A DNA stretch of 44,017 nucleotides from Candidatus Wildermuthbacteria bacterium RIFCSPHIGHO2_02_FULL_45_25 (GCA_001823215.1 MHTV01000045.1:1-44017), one strand, 5' to 3'. Shown: positions 7,041 through 16,398, counted from the first letter of the stretch. The notes: a model not told the origin generated them from the sequence alone. Numbers and translations: made by a program.

Positions 7041-7718
7041 CTATTCGAAGTTCAATAAGTGGCCATGGCTTTTGAGCCATTGCTCTGCCTCCTTGTATGT
7101 TGGATACGTTTCCCCTACCTTTCTCCAGAAATTTTTGGAATGGTTCATAAAGGCCAAGTGCGCTAATTCATGAACCACAATATAGTTGACTACGAATGAC
7201 GGAGCCATCATCAATCTCCATGGGAAATTGATTGTCTTGCGACGCGTGCACGATCCCAGCTGATGTTTGGCTGAAGTGATATGCAGGGATTTGAACTCAA
7301 CACCCATTTTTCGAGCATACGCAGAGCTTCGTTGAAAAAGCTCTTTTTCTGCCTGCTGTTTATACCAGTCGATGAATAAACGCTTTGCTTCTCCCCTATT
7401 CTCTTTTGCTAAAACGAACTGTCTGCGAAAAACCAAGTCTGGCGAATTTTTTTTGGTAAATTGAAGTTTGTAGCGGACTCCAAAATAAAGGAATTTCTCT
7501 CCGGGCTGGAATTTCAGCTTTGGAGCTAACATTTTGCGTAACCGATGCTGTCTGGTTTTTTCCTGAATCCACAAACGCTTCTGTTCCACAAAACGCTGAA
7601 TCTCCTGGCGGCTTGTTTTTTTGGGCGCGCGCACGGTCAAGCTCCCATCATGTTCTACGACAAGCGCAAGTGTCTTTTTTCTGCGCGTATAGATAATGTC
7701 ATAGGTGATTTTTCGCAT
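7041..7718 (-). CDS. YgjP-like (DUF45) zinc metallopeptidase-fold protein
   Basis: HELAHLAFMNHSKNFW (HExxH plus NHS..FW signature). The ORF track begins at TTG 7730; the first ATG is at 7718. Confidence 0.75.
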   Translation of the reverse strand: MRKITYDIIYTRRKKTLALVVEHDGSLTVRAPKKTSRQEIQRFVEQKRLWIQEKTRQHRLRKMLAPKLKFQPGEKFLYFGVRYKLQFTKKNSPDLVFRRQFVLAKENRGEAKRLFIDWYKQQAEKELFQRSSAYARKMGVEFKSLHITSAKHQLGSCTRRKTINFPWRLMMAPSFVVNYIVVHELAHLAFMNHSKNFWRKVGETYPTYKEAEQWLKSHGHLLNFE

Positions 7719-7746
7719 GAAACTTGACAAAAGTAAATTCTTATGA

Positions 7747-7771
7747 AGAAAAACATCCCTCTTCTGGATGT
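7747..7771 (-). terminator. Weak rho-independent terminator after gatB
   Basis: Minus strand reads ACATCC-AGAAGAG-GGATGT followed by TTTTTCTTC. Confidence 0.35.
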
Positions 7772-7819
7772 CCTATTGTAACTCTTTTCAATCGCATATT
7801 CAAGAGCAGGGTGCGTTAT

Positions 7820-9277
7820 TCACAAAGATGTTAATACGCGCGCTACGATTTCGCGCGAAGTCTCCGGATTTAAAGATCCCTTTGTCTTTGCCATCATTTG
7901 GCCAACGAAAAACTGAAGCGCATTCCCCTTTCCTTTTTTGTAATCTTCGAGGGCTTTCGGATTATTCTGAATAATTTCTTTGGCGATTTGTTCAATTTGT
8001 GCCGCGTCTGAAATTTGATGGAGACCGCGTTCCTCAATAATGTGATCGGGGTCAGCTCCTGTTCGAAGCATCTCTTTTAATACTGATTTTGCCGCCGCGC
8101 TTGAAATTTTGTTGTCTGCGATAAGGTTAATCAATTCTGCGAAATTTTCCGCGGTTACCAAAAAATGAGAGTCTTGAACGCCTGTTCCGGTTGCTTGAAG
8201 ATACCCTTGCAAATCAGATAACATATAGTTCACGGAAAGTTTTGTGCGTATGCGAAGCTGATCTTTTTCTAATGGGCCAAGTTCGCTTACCACCTGTTCA
8301 AAATACTCTCCCATGTCCTTATTTTTGACCAAGGCGTCTGCCTCTTTTTGCGTCAGATTAAATTCTCTCTGAAAGCGGTCTTTTCTTGCTTGAGGAAGTT
8401 CTGGCAAGCAAGCGCGCAATGCTTCAATTTCTTCTTTGCTAAACTTCATGGGAGGAATATCGGGTTCCGGGAAATACCGGTAGTCATGAGCGGATTCCTT
8501 TTCTCTTTGAAGGAATGTTTCCCCTTTGAGTTCATTCCATCCGTGAGTTTCTTGCCTGATTTGTTGCCCTTTAACTAGAGATTCTGTTTGCCGCGCAATT
8601 TCAAATTCAATTGCTTGTTCAACCGATCGGAATGAGTTTAAGTTTTTGACTTCTACTTTGGTTCCAAATTCTTTTTGGCGCTCCGGGCGGATAGAGATAT
8701 TCGCTTCCACTCGCATTTGGCCTTTTTCCATATCAGCGTCTGAAACTTGGAGATATCGTAAAATTGTTTGGAGTTGACGAGCAAATTCGCTGGCTTCTTG
8801 AGATGATTGAATATCGGGTTCCGTAACCAATTCCATCAGAGGAACTCCTGCTCGGTTGAAATCCACTAACGAAAAAGTTTTGTCTGTCTGATGTTGAGAA
8901 CGGGCGGTATCTTCTTCCAGATGAATTCGGCGGATTTGAATTTGGCGGTCAAATACCCGAAGTTTGCCGTGTTCACAAAGCGGTAAATCGTATTGGCTGA
9001 TTTGGTAACCCTTCGGCAAATCAGGATAAAAATAGTTTTTGCGATCGAATTTTGAAAATGGAGCAATCGCGCAGTCAAGAGCCAATCCCACTTTGATAAC
9101 GTTCGTTATCGCATCTTTGTTGGCAACGGGTAATGTGCCGGGATGCCCCATGCAGATTGGACATACATTCGTGTTTGCATCCTTTTGCAAAGGATCGTTT
9201 AAGCAAGAGCAAAACATTTTGCTCCTTGTTTTCAATTCCGCGTGAATTTCCAGTCCAATCGTAGGAATATATCGCAT
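7820..9277 (-). CDS. gatB: Asp/Glu-tRNA amidotransferase subunit B
   Basis: MRYIPTIGLEIHAELKT..., CPICMGHPGTLP, and a C-terminal GatB/YqeY tail. I chose ATG 9277 because it avoids overlap with the tmk stop at 9283; the ORF track extends to 9316. Confidence 0.9.
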   Translation of the reverse strand: MRYIPTIGLEIHAELKTRSKMFCSCLNDPLQKDANTNVCPICMGHPGTLPVANKDAITNVIKVGLALDCAIAPFSKFDRKNYFYPDLPKGYQISQYDLPLCEHGKLRVFDRQIQIRRIHLEEDTARSQHQTDKTFSLVDFNRAGVPLMELVTEPDIQSSQEASEFARQLQTILRYLQVSDADMEKGQMRVEANISIRPERQKEFGTKVEVKNLNSFRSVEQAIEFEIARQTESLVKGQQIRQETHGWNELKGETFLQREKESAHDYRYFPEPDIPPMKFSKEEIEALRACLPELPQARKDRFQREFNLTQKEADALVKNKDMGEYFEQVVSELGPLEKDQLRIRTKLSVNYMLSDLQGYLQATGTGVQDSHFLVTAENFAELINLIADNKISSAAAKSVLKEMLRTGADPDHIIEERGLHQISDAAQIEQIAKEIIQNNPKALEDYKKGKGNALQFFVGQMMAKTKGSLNPETSREIVARVLTSL

Positions 9278-9282
9278 AGTTC

Positions 9283-9948
9283 TTATCGTTGGATTTTTGT
9301 TCGTAAAGTATCCCAAATATGCTCGTGGATATCTTCTTTACATAGCATACTATTTTCCTTCATACATTCAATAACGCAAAAATCTTGAGGGAAAAGAGAG
9401 ATGGTATGCTGATAAGATTTCCATGAATCCTGCAAATACGAGAGGTTTTGCTCATGAATATCTTGTTTGATTTTCTTGGCAGGGTTAGCCAGAGCCACAA
9501 GCTCAAAGGATTTTTCAGGCGAGACATTCATGAAAAAAGAGATACTTGGTTTGCAAACGCCAAATATGGAAATTTCCAGATCATACAGCCATCTGAAAAA
9601 TTTTTCGCGCGCTCTTTTGTCTTTAATTTTCCCGCCTTGATGCCCGAAGTTCGACCACAAATAGCGATCGGTTACCACGATATTTCCTTGCGCAAGCCAT
9701 TTGGTAATCTGAAAATTCGCATCGTAATGATCAATGGCGAAAAATATTGCTGCTTGTTGAGGGCTAACCTCCGTGAGCATTCCCCAAGCTCCTGAAAGGT
9801 ACTCTTCTACGGGCCCGGCAGATTTCTTGCCGTATTGGGGCGAATGCAATGTTTGCACCGGATATCCTTCTTTCTGTAATCTGGCAATCAAAAGTTCGAC
9901 TTGCGTAGTTTTTCCCGAACCGTCAATTCCTTCAAAGTTAATAAACAT
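9283..9948 (-). CDS. tmk: Thymidylate (dTMP) kinase
   Basis: P-loop FEGIDGSGKTT and the DRY motif (TDRYLWS). Confidence 0.85.
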   Translation of the reverse strand: MFINFEGIDGSGKTTQVELLIARLQKEGYPVQTLHSPQYGKKSAGPVEEYLSGAWGMLTEVSPQQAAIFFAIDHYDANFQITKWLAQGNIVVTDRYLWSNFGHQGGKIKDKRAREKFFRWLYDLEISIFGVCKPSISFFMNVSPEKSFELVALANPAKKIKQDIHEQNLSYLQDSWKSYQHTISLFPQDFCVIECMKENSMLCKEDIHEHIWDTLRTKIQR

Positions 9949-9992
9949 TGCTTTGCGATCCAGATAGTTTATCGTTTATGGTAACATCCTAT

Positions 9993-10535
9993 TTATACTT
10001 GTGTTTCCCGCTCGGTTGTTGTTACCCTTCCTCCTTGCCATTGCCCGCGATACTTATTGCCTTCTCCTTTTACTTCAAAAAACATTATGTGCACGATTCT
10101 CGCGCCCATTTCCAATGGAAATTCCTCACTGCGCATATTATAGATACCCATACTCAAACCTCCTTGGTATCCCGGAGGAACTTGGCCGCCATAGACATAT
10201 ACTCCTGATCGAAATAGCGTGGAGCGCGGCGTCATAATTGCCAACAAGTCAATTGGCATATTCACCTTCTCGACGGTTTGCAAAACATAATAAGTTTGCG
10301 GCTTCAGAGTAATCTTAATTGGCTTAGCATCTCCTTCGTATTTGCCGATCAAACTCATCTGGGGGGTTTCCCGTTCTGTAATACCGAGAAATCCTTTGCC
10401 TGAAACCTCATATATCTCCCCTATTCTCAAGTCAAAACCAGCTCCTTCAGGATTTTTCAATTCGCGTTCTGATAAATTCTCCACAATCTTTTGTTCTGCC
10501 ACTAAACGATGAAGTTCTTTAATTCCTAGTACCAT
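9993..10535 (-). CDS. dUTPase / dCTP-deaminase superfamily protein with divergent active-site motifs
   Basis: PRSTLFRSGV...GGQVPPGYQGGLSMGIYN...GARIVHIMF aligns by eye to the trimeric dUTPase/Dcd motifs (PRSxLxxxG, GxIDxxYRGE, GxRIAQL). The Asp and RGE/Glu positions are replaced. Confidence 0.6.
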   Translation of the reverse strand: MVLGIKELHRLVAEQKIVENLSERELKNPEGAGFDLRIGEIYEVSGKGFLGITERETPQMSLIGKYEGDAKPIKITLKPQTYYVLQTVEKVNMPIDLLAIMTPRSTLFRSGVYVYGGQVPPGYQGGLSMGIYNMRSEEFPLEMGARIVHIMFFEVKGEGNKYRGQWQGGRVTTTERETQV

Positions 10536-10538
10536 ACG

Positions 10539-11039
10539 CTATTGGATGTTATATTCTAATAATACGGTGTTATCATTCAGCTTTTCGACAGCTCTTAAGT
10601 CAAGCTTGGCATCTATTTCTTTTTGAAAAAGCTTCAATCCTTCCCCAAATACTACTGGTTCTATGGTAAGATAGAGTTTTTTGATAAGTCTTCGTTCCAT
10701 GAACATCGTATAAATGGATGACCCGCCGCAGATTGCAACTTCTTTGTATCCGCGTTTCTCCAAATCTGCCAAGAGATCACCGGGATCGGCTTCCGTTACT
10801 TCCGCGCCAGGAAAATTCTTCTCTGTATTGGAATACACAATGTTTAGGCGTTCAGGCAAGGGTTTGCCAATCGTTTTGTAGGTATTCAATCCCATGACAA
10901 TCACGCCGGCTTGCTTGGTGCGTTTTACAAAAAATTGTGTATCTTCTTTGCTTGTCCATTCCAAGGAAAGATGTGAGGAGTTGCGCGCGATAAATCCATC
11001 AGCGGATATGCTTGCGATAATAAATGGAGAAATTGCCAT
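10539..11039 (-). CDS. Dihydrofolate reductase family (RibD C-terminal domain-like) protein
   Basis: From ATG 11039 the protein starts MAISPFIIASISADGFIAR... and contains VIVMGLNTYKTIGKPLPERLNIV and ICGGSSIY. The longer ORF-track start at 11162 reads into repeat copy B and is rejected. Confidence 0.7.
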   Translation of the reverse strand: MAISPFIIASISADGFIARNSSHLSLEWTSKEDTQFFVKRTKQAGVIVMGLNTYKTIGKPLPERLNIVYSNTEKNFPGAEVTEADPGDLLADLEKRGYKEVAICGGSSIYTMFMERRLIKKLYLTIEPVVFGEGLKLFQKEIDAKLDLRAVEKLNDNTVLLEYNIQ

Positions 11040-11104
11040 AAAAATCTCTTGTATTTCAGTATCTGTTACTATATCATAAATTGTAAGAAAGAATAAAGCA
11101 CATG

Positions 11105-11223
11105 AAATAATAGTTTTAGAATATACTTTTGAGAACCTTGCGAGCTTGACTGAAGCGAGCACGAGGAATTTTTCAGCAGAAAAATATCCGTGTTCTCAAA
11201 AGTATATTCTAAAACTATTATTT
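11105..11223 (+). repeat. Nested-hairpin intergenic element, copy B
   Basis: Perfect 32-bp arms (11105-11136 / 11192-11223) enclose GAGCTTGACTGAAGCGAGC-ACG-AGGAATTTTTCAGCAGAAAAATATCC. Confidence 0.9.
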
Positions 11224-11263
11224 ACCCTCCTATAAACATTTCTAATTCCTCTAATTATTCCGT

Positions 11264-11857
11264 ATGTTTCTTGCCGATATTGATATCAAAAAAGCGTTAC
11301 AAGTAGGCGATCTTTATATCAAAGATTTTGAGGAAGCAAGATTGCAGCCCGCGAGTTACGATATTTTGTTGGGCAATCAGTTTATTGTAACCGATCCTCA
11401 TGCGACTCCCTTTGTGGATCCCGCAAAAGGAATTTTGCCAAAAACCAAAGAAATCTTTATTCCCGATGGCGGTGAATTTATGTTGCATCCGAGCGTGAGC
11501 GTATTGGGTTCGTCTCATGATTTTTTCGGCGCAAGCAACAAATATCTTATTCATCTTTCGGGTAAAAGCAGTCTGGCAAGAATTGGATTGATGGTTCACA
11601 ATACCGCAGGAATTGTAAATCCCGGGCATTATCTCAATATCACGCTGGAATTATGCAATTTGAGTTCCGTGCCGATTATTTTACGCCCTAAGATGAAAAT
11701 CGCGCAATTGCTGTTCTCCATGCTCACAAGCCCAACCCAGCAGGAATACAGTAAAACAGGGAGCTATTCCGATAAGAACCACGGAACGGTCGCAGGAATT
11801 TTTAAGCAGGTGCAAGCCCCTCACATCCCTTATGGAACAGACCAACAAGCATCCTGA
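11264..11857 (+). CDS. dcd: dCTP deaminase
   Basis: [17 protein letters not shown] and NPGH..NITLEL (catalytic Glu context), 197 aa. Confidence 0.85.
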   Translation: MFLADIDIKKALQVGDLYIKDFEEARLQPASYDILLGNQFIVTDPHATPFVDPAKGILPKTKEIFIPDGGEFMLHPSVSVLGSSHDFFGASNKYLIHLSGKSSLARIGLMVHNTAGIVNPGHYLNITLELCNLSSVPIILRPKMKIAQLLFSMLTSPTQQEYSKTGSYSDKNHGTVAGIFKQVQAPHIPYGTDQQAS

Positions 11858-12785
11858 ATACCAATATCTGTATCTTTTGCAGGATATTTTAGATAACGGC
11901 GCCATTAAGCATGAATTTAATACGGGCATTGAATTCCGCAGTGTGTTTGGCAGACAAATTCGTTTTGATTTATCGCAGGGCTTTCCCCTGCTTACCACCA
12001 AGAAAGTTTTTTGGCGCGGCATTACTCACGAACTGTTATGGTTTTTGAAGGGAGATTCCAATATTAAGTACCTTGTGGATAACGATGTGCATATTTGGGA
12101 TGATTGGGCGTATCGCATCTACAAAGAACAACTAGAAAAACTTGGGGCAAATGTGATGTCTCAACAAGATTTTATCGCCAAGCTGAAAGAAAATGACGCG
12201 TTTGCCGCAAAATGGGGCGATATTCTGACTGTGTACGGCCGGATGTGGCGCAAGTGGCCGGCTTCCGATGGACGTGAAATTGATCAAATCGCGTGGGTCA
12301 TTGAAAAGTTAAAGAAAAATCCCGATCGCCGCCATTATGTCGTTTCCGCATGGAATCCGGACTTTATCTATGAGATGGCATCTGCTGGAAACGCGCGTCC
12401 TGTTCCTCCGTTCTGCCACACGATGTTTCAGTTTAACGTCATCAATGGCAAGCTTTCTCTGCAACTCTACCAAAGATCGGCCGATATGTTTTTGGGCGTG
12501 CCGTTTAATATCGCAAGCTACGCATTATTGCTTATGATGCTTGCGCAAGTTACGGGTTATCCGCCGGGAGATTTTGTGCACACATTTGGGGACGCGCATA
12601 TTTACGGAAATCATTACGAACAAGTCCATGAACAACTCAAGCGCGATCCGCGGCCGTTTCCCACGATGGTAATAAATCCTGAACGTAAACATATTGATGA
12701 CTTTACATTTGAAGACTTCAAACTCGAAGGATACGATCCCCATCCCCTTTTGAAAGGCGAAGTAACCGTGGTAGGCGGGTTTTAG
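11832..12785 (+). CDS. thyA: Thymidylate synthase (long, L. casei-type with about a 50-aa insert)
   Basis: [10 protein letters not shown] (catalytic Cys) and [21 protein letters not shown] (the Asn that specifies dUMP). It overlaps the dcd end by 26 nt. Confidence 0.9.
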   Translation: MEQTNKHPEYQYLYLLQDILDNGAIKHEFNTGIEFRSVFGRQIRFDLSQGFPLLTTKKVFWRGITHELLWFLKGDSNIKYLVDNDVHIWDDWAYRIYKEQLEKLGANVMSQQDFIAKLKENDAFAAKWGDILTVYGRMWRKWPASDGREIDQIAWVIEKLKKNPDRRHYVVSAWNPDFIYEMASAGNARPVPPFCHTMFQFNVINGKLSLQLYQRSADMFLGVPFNIASYALLLMMLAQVTGYPPGDFVHTFGDAHIYGNHYEQVHEQLKRDPRPFPTMVINPERKHIDDFTFEDFKLEGYDPHPLLKGEVTVVGGF

Positions 12786-12787
12786 AA

Positions 12788-12951
12788 TGTTTGCTATGAG
12801 ATTTTCTTTGAATTACGAAACCAGTAGGATATGAGTTTTGAGAACGTTGGGAGCGCGACTGGCGCGAGCCCCTCACCGCAAGGTGATAGGGGGAGCATCA
12901 GGAATGTTTCAGCAGAAACATATCCGTGCTTCTAAAATCTCATAGCAAACA
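12788..12951 (+). repeat. Nested-hairpin intergenic element, copy C (rearranged, with an extra orphan arm)
   Basis: Outer arms TGTTTGCTATGAGATTTT / AAAATCTCATAGCAAACA. The core is identical to A and D in hairpin 1. Positions 12807-12846 are about 85% identical to the arm of copy A but have no partner on the 3' side. Confidence 0.85.
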
Positions 12952-12970
12952 CCTAAAACCCTCTATAATC

Positions 12971-12999
12971 CACAAAACCGCCATTCAGGCGGTTTTGTG
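12971..12999. terminator. Bidirectional terminator hairpin between thyA and rplK
   Basis: CACAAAACCGCC-ATTCA-GGCGGTTTTGTG, a 12-bp stem with A/T runs on both sides. Confidence 0.6.
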
Positions 13000-13018
13000 A
13001 CTAAATAAAGTGTTGAGT

Positions 13019-13441
13019 TTATTTCACTTCGAGTCCCATTGATTTTGCGCTTCCCGCGACAATTTTCATTGCTATCTCAATGTCATCGGTGTTGAGATCG
13101 GACATCTTTTTCTCCGCCACTTCGCGAAGCTGTGCTTTGGAGATTGTTCCAATTTTCTTTTTATTTGCTGTTCCAGAGCCCTTCTCAATACCGAGAGTTT
13201 TCTTGATAAGCTGGGTTGTCGGCGGTTGATGCAACACGAACGTAAATGTTCGATCTACAAATATGCTGATATCCACAGGAATCTTAAATCCTTGCTTCTC
13301 TCTTGTTGCCTCGTTGAACTTTTTGGTAAATTCCCCAATGTTCACTCCATGCTGGGCCAACGCCGGCCCCACCGGAGGAGCAGGAGTTGCTTGACCCGCC
13401 GCGATATGCAGTTTTACGATTGCTTTGAGTTTTTTTGCCAT
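13019..13441 (-). CDS. rplK: 50S ribosomal protein L11
   Basis: MAKKLKAIVKLHIAAGQATPAPPVGPALAQHGVNI... Confidence 0.95.
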   Translation of the reverse strand: MAKKLKAIVKLHIAAGQATPAPPVGPALAQHGVNIGEFTKKFNEATREKQGFKIPVDISIFVDRTFTFVLHQPPTTQLIKKTLGIEKGSGTANKKKIGTISKAQLREVAEKKMSDLNTDDIEIAMKIVAGSAKSMGLEVK

Positions 13442-13473
13442 AGTCCTTGCTTGGAGAAGGAAATCCTCTCTCG

Positions 13474-14019
13474 TTACACCTTTTTAATCTGCAATGAATC
13501 CAATTCGACGGGCGTATCTCGTCCAAACATATTCACCAACACCTTTACTTTCCCGCGATCTTTATCTACGTCGGACACCTTTCCGTCAAAATCTTTGAAG
13601 GGTCCATCTATGATTTTCACGATATCTCCTTCTTCCACTTCAATGTGATACTGCGGCTCATCCACTCCCATGCGCTTCTGTAAATAGGCAATTTCTTCGG
13701 TGGATACTGGAATTGGAGTAGTTCCGGAACCAATAAATCCAGTCACATTCGGAGTATTTCTCACCACATACCATGAGTCATCGGTTACCATCATTTCAAC
13801 AAGCACATACCCGGGATAAATTTTCTCCTCCACTATCTTGCGTTTTCCATTTTTAATTTTGATTTTTTTCTCTTTGGGAACCAGCACATTGAAGATTTTA
13901 TCTTCCATTCCCAAAGATTCAATACGCTGTTTGAGGTTGCGCATAACCGCGTCCTCATAACCTGAATACGTATGAATAACATACCAATGCTTTTCTTGAT
14001 CGGTTTGCTGTTTTGGCAT
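13474..14019 (-). CDS. nusG: Transcription termination/antitermination factor NusG
   Basis: KHWYVIHTYSGYE (NGN domain) and a C-terminal KOW domain (GDIVKIIDGPFKDFDGKV). The start is set at ATG 14019, just after the secE stop. Confidence 0.9.
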   Translation of the reverse strand: MPKQQTDQEKHWYVIHTYSGYEDAVMRNLKQRIESLGMEDKIFNVLVPKEKKIKIKNGKRKIVEEKIYPGYVLVEMMVTDDSWYVVRNTPNVTGFIGSGTTPIPVSTEEIAYLQKRMGVDEPQYHIEVEEGDIVKIIDGPFKDFDGKVSDVDKDRGKVKVLVNMFGRDTPVELDSLQIKKV

Positions 14020-14026
14020 AAGAAAG

Positions 14027-14212
14027 TTATGCGATAAAATTGATAACCTCTGAAAAAATAATGTCAAAGAAGCTTAAAAGAAGTGCGACAACCGCCGAAA
14101 ACGCAATGACGATGATGGTATCGCGAATGGTTTGTTGTCGGCTTGGCCAGCTGACCTTGGATGCCTCCGTTTTTACTTCCTGTAAAAATTGAAATGCGTT
14201 TAGAGCTTTCAT
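14027..14212 (-). CDS. secE: Preprotein translocase subunit SecE
   Basis: 61 aa with a single C-terminal TM segment, EVKTEASKVSWPSRQQ, and the secE-nusG-rplK order. Confidence 0.85.
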   Translation of the reverse strand: MKALNAFQFLQEVKTEASKVSWPSRQQTIRDTIIVIAFSAVVALLLSFFDIIFSEVINFIA

Positions 14213-14268
14213 TTTCTATCTTAAAAAAGGCCCCAATGGCCAAAATCTAACTTATCAAGTACGTTTTC

Positions 14269-14297
14269 ACTATACCCAAGCCCAAAGAAAAAGTCAA
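14269..14297 (-). promoter_or_regulatory. Sigma-70-type promoter for secE-nusG-rplK (TTGACT-17 nt-TATAGT)
   Basis: Minus strand reads TTGACT (14297-14292), a 17-nt spacer, then TATAGT (14274-14269). Confidence 0.5.
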
Positions 14298-14349
14298 TAG
14301 CTAGCTAGTCAGCAGTTTTAACAATAAGAATCAAGACATTGATCTGCGA

Positions 14350-16398
14350 TTAAATATCCAGATTTTGCACTTCTTTGGCGTACGTTTGGATGAATTTTTT
14401 TCGAGAAGCAACTTCGTCGCCCATGAGCACGTCAAAGATATGGTCTGCTTCTTTGATGTCGTCAATGTTTACGCGCAATAATAAACGGTGTTCTGGATTC
14501 ATCGTGGTTTCCCATAGTTGGATTGGGTTCATTTCTCCCAAACCCTTATATCGCTGAATCGCTACTCCAGAGATTTTTGTTTCAACAGTAGGTTCCCCTT
14601 CTTCTTCAGCTACTTGCGCCGCCTTAACTGATGCCTTCGCCGCATTTTTGAGAACTTGCTTTGGTTTGGTTGCTTTCTGTTTTCGGATTTCTTCTAGAAT
14701 TCGTTCCTTATCAGCATCGGTATACGCATATTGAACATTCTTTCCTGCTTGAATGCGGTACAAAGGAGGTTGAGCAATATACAAATATCCTCTATCAATC
14801 ACTGGCTTGAAATAGCGATACATGAGAGTCAGCAACAATGTTCGGATATGAGAACCATCCACGTCCGCATCCGTCATGATAATAATTCGTTGGTAGCGGA
14901 TTTTTTCAATATCAAAATCTTCTGCGATTGCGGCTCCCAATGCGATAACCAATGCCTTAATCTCTTTAGAATCGAGGATCCGATCTAAACGCGCGCGTTC
15001 CACATTCAAAATTTTTCCTTTGAGCGGCAGAATAGCTTGGAACCGGCGATCGCGCGCCATTTTCGCGCTGCCTCCGGCGGATTCTCCCTCCACGATATAT
15101 AACTCCGATTCTTCGGGACGGCGCGAAGCGCAATCGGCAAGTTTTCCCGGCAATGCCAGGCCTTCCAAAATTCCCTTGCGCAAAACTGTTTGACGAGCAG
15201 CCTTCGCGGCTTTACGTGCCTTGGAGGCAAGAATCGCTTTTTCTAGAATAGCTCTGGCATCTTGCGCGTTTCTCTCCAGAAAATCGTTGAGGCCTGTTGC
15301 CACAATTGTCTCTACCACTGGACGCACTTCAGGATTCCCAAGCTTGGCTTTGGTTTGCCCTTCAAATTGGGGCTCTTTTATCTTTACAGAGATTACCGCC
15401 GTCATGCCTTCTCGCACATCATCTCCTGTTAACGATTCCTCTCCTTTGAGAAAATTGCTTTTTTTTGCAAAATCATTCAATGTGCGAGTTAGTGCGGCGC
15501 GAAAACCAGTAATATGCGTTCCGCCTTCGGGATTATGGATATTATTGGCAAATGCTTCCTCGTAGATTTCAAATTCCTCCGTGTACCGTAGCGCGACTTC
15601 CACCAAAATATCCTCTTTTTCTTCTTTGATATAAAATATATTGTCATGCTTTGGCGTCATTTCATGGGTAAGATACCGCACATAGGAAGCAAGCCCTCCT
15701 TCAAAATAAAATGTGTAAGGGATCCCCTCGCCTTCTCTCTCATCAACAAACGTCAACCGAACACCCGAAGATAGATACGCCTGATGGCGCAAATGCTGAA
15801 CAATGCGCTTAGCATCAAAGTGAATCTCTTTGAATATCTCAATATCCGGTTCAAAAGTTACCGTAGTGCCGGTTTCCTTGCTCGCACCTATTTTTTTTAC
15901 TTGTCCTTGAGGATTTCCTCGTTTATATTCCTGCTCGAATTTGCCGCCGTCCCGAGTTACTTCTGCTTTCAAATAGACGGAAAGCGCGTTCACGACGGAA
16001 ACCCCCACCCCATGCAATCCTCCTGAAACTTTATACGCGCCTCCGCCGAATTTGCCACCCGCATGCAAAACCGTCATGACTGTTTCCAGTGTGGATTTTT
16101 TGGTTTGAGGATGCTTTTCCACCGGAATTCCTCGGCCGTCATCAACCACCTGCACGCGATTATTCGGCAATAGGCGCACAATAATATTCTTGGCGTATCC
16201 CGCCATTGCTTCATCCAAACTGTTGTCCAATACCTCCCAAATCAAGTGATGTAAACCATCTGGCCCCGTGGAACCGATATACATTCCCGGGCGCTTTCGC
16301 ACGGGATCCAACCCTTCAAGTACTTGAATCTGGGCTGCTCCATAATCAGACGACTTCGCTGGTTTTTCTTTTGTTTTTGGTATCGCTTTTTTGGGCAT
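14350..16398 (-). CDS. gyrB: DNA gyrase subunit B
   Basis: GHKL ATPase N-terminus (GLHHLIWEVLDNSLDEA), Toprim EGESAGGSA, PLKGKILNVE, and QRYKGLGEMNP. Confidence 0.95.
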   Translation of the reverse strand: MPKKAIPKTKEKPAKSSDYGAAQIQVLEGLDPVRKRPGMYIGSTGPDGLHHLIWEVLDNSLDEAMAGYAKNIIVRLLPNNRVQVVDDGRGIPVEKHPQTKKSTLETVMTVLHAGGKFGGGAYKVSGGLHGVGVSVVNALSVYLKAEVTRDGGKFEQEYKRGNPQGQVKKIGASKETGTTVTFEPDIEIFKEIHFDAKRIVQHLRHQAYLSSGVRLTFVDEREGEGIPYTFYFEGGLASYVRYLTHEMTPKHDNIFYIKEEKEDILVEVALRYTEEFEIYEEAFANNIHNPEGGTHITGFRAALTRTLNDFAKKSNFLKGEESLTGDDVREGMTAVISVKIKEPQFEGQTKAKLGNPEVRPVVETIVATGLNDFLERNAQDARAILEKAILASKARKAAKAARQTVLRKGILEGLALPGKLADCASRRPEESELYIVEGESAGGSAKMARDRRFQAILPLKGKILNVERARLDRILDSKEIKALVIALGAAIAEDFDIEKIRYQRIIIMTDADVDGSHIRTLLLTLMYRYFKPVIDRGYLYIAQPPLYRIQAGKNVQYAYTDADKERILEEIRKQKATKPKQVLKNAAKASVKAAQVAEEEGEPTVETKISGVAIQRYKGLGEMNPIQLWETTMNPEHRLLLRVNIDDIKEADHIFDVLMGDEVASRKKFIQTYAKEVQNLDI

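Noticed and set aside
11040-11162. N-terminal 41-aa extension of the DHFR-family ORF
   Set aside because: The extension is encoded by repeat copy B and its arm. The homologous protein begins at MAISPFII (ATG 11039).
11160-11200. Repeat core as a hammerhead or other small self-cleaving ribozyme
   Set aside because: On the opposite strand the core contains CTGCTGAAAAA, which superficially recalls CUGAUGA...GAAA. It does not satisfy the hammerhead core (CUGANGA plus GAAA around three helices). I could not fit twister or pistol consensus either.
14231-14244. Small GGCC-CCAAT-GGCC hairpin just upstream of secE as a terminator or attenuator
   Set aside because: The stem is only 4 bp, and it lies inside the predicted secE 5' leader. 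It is too weak to call.
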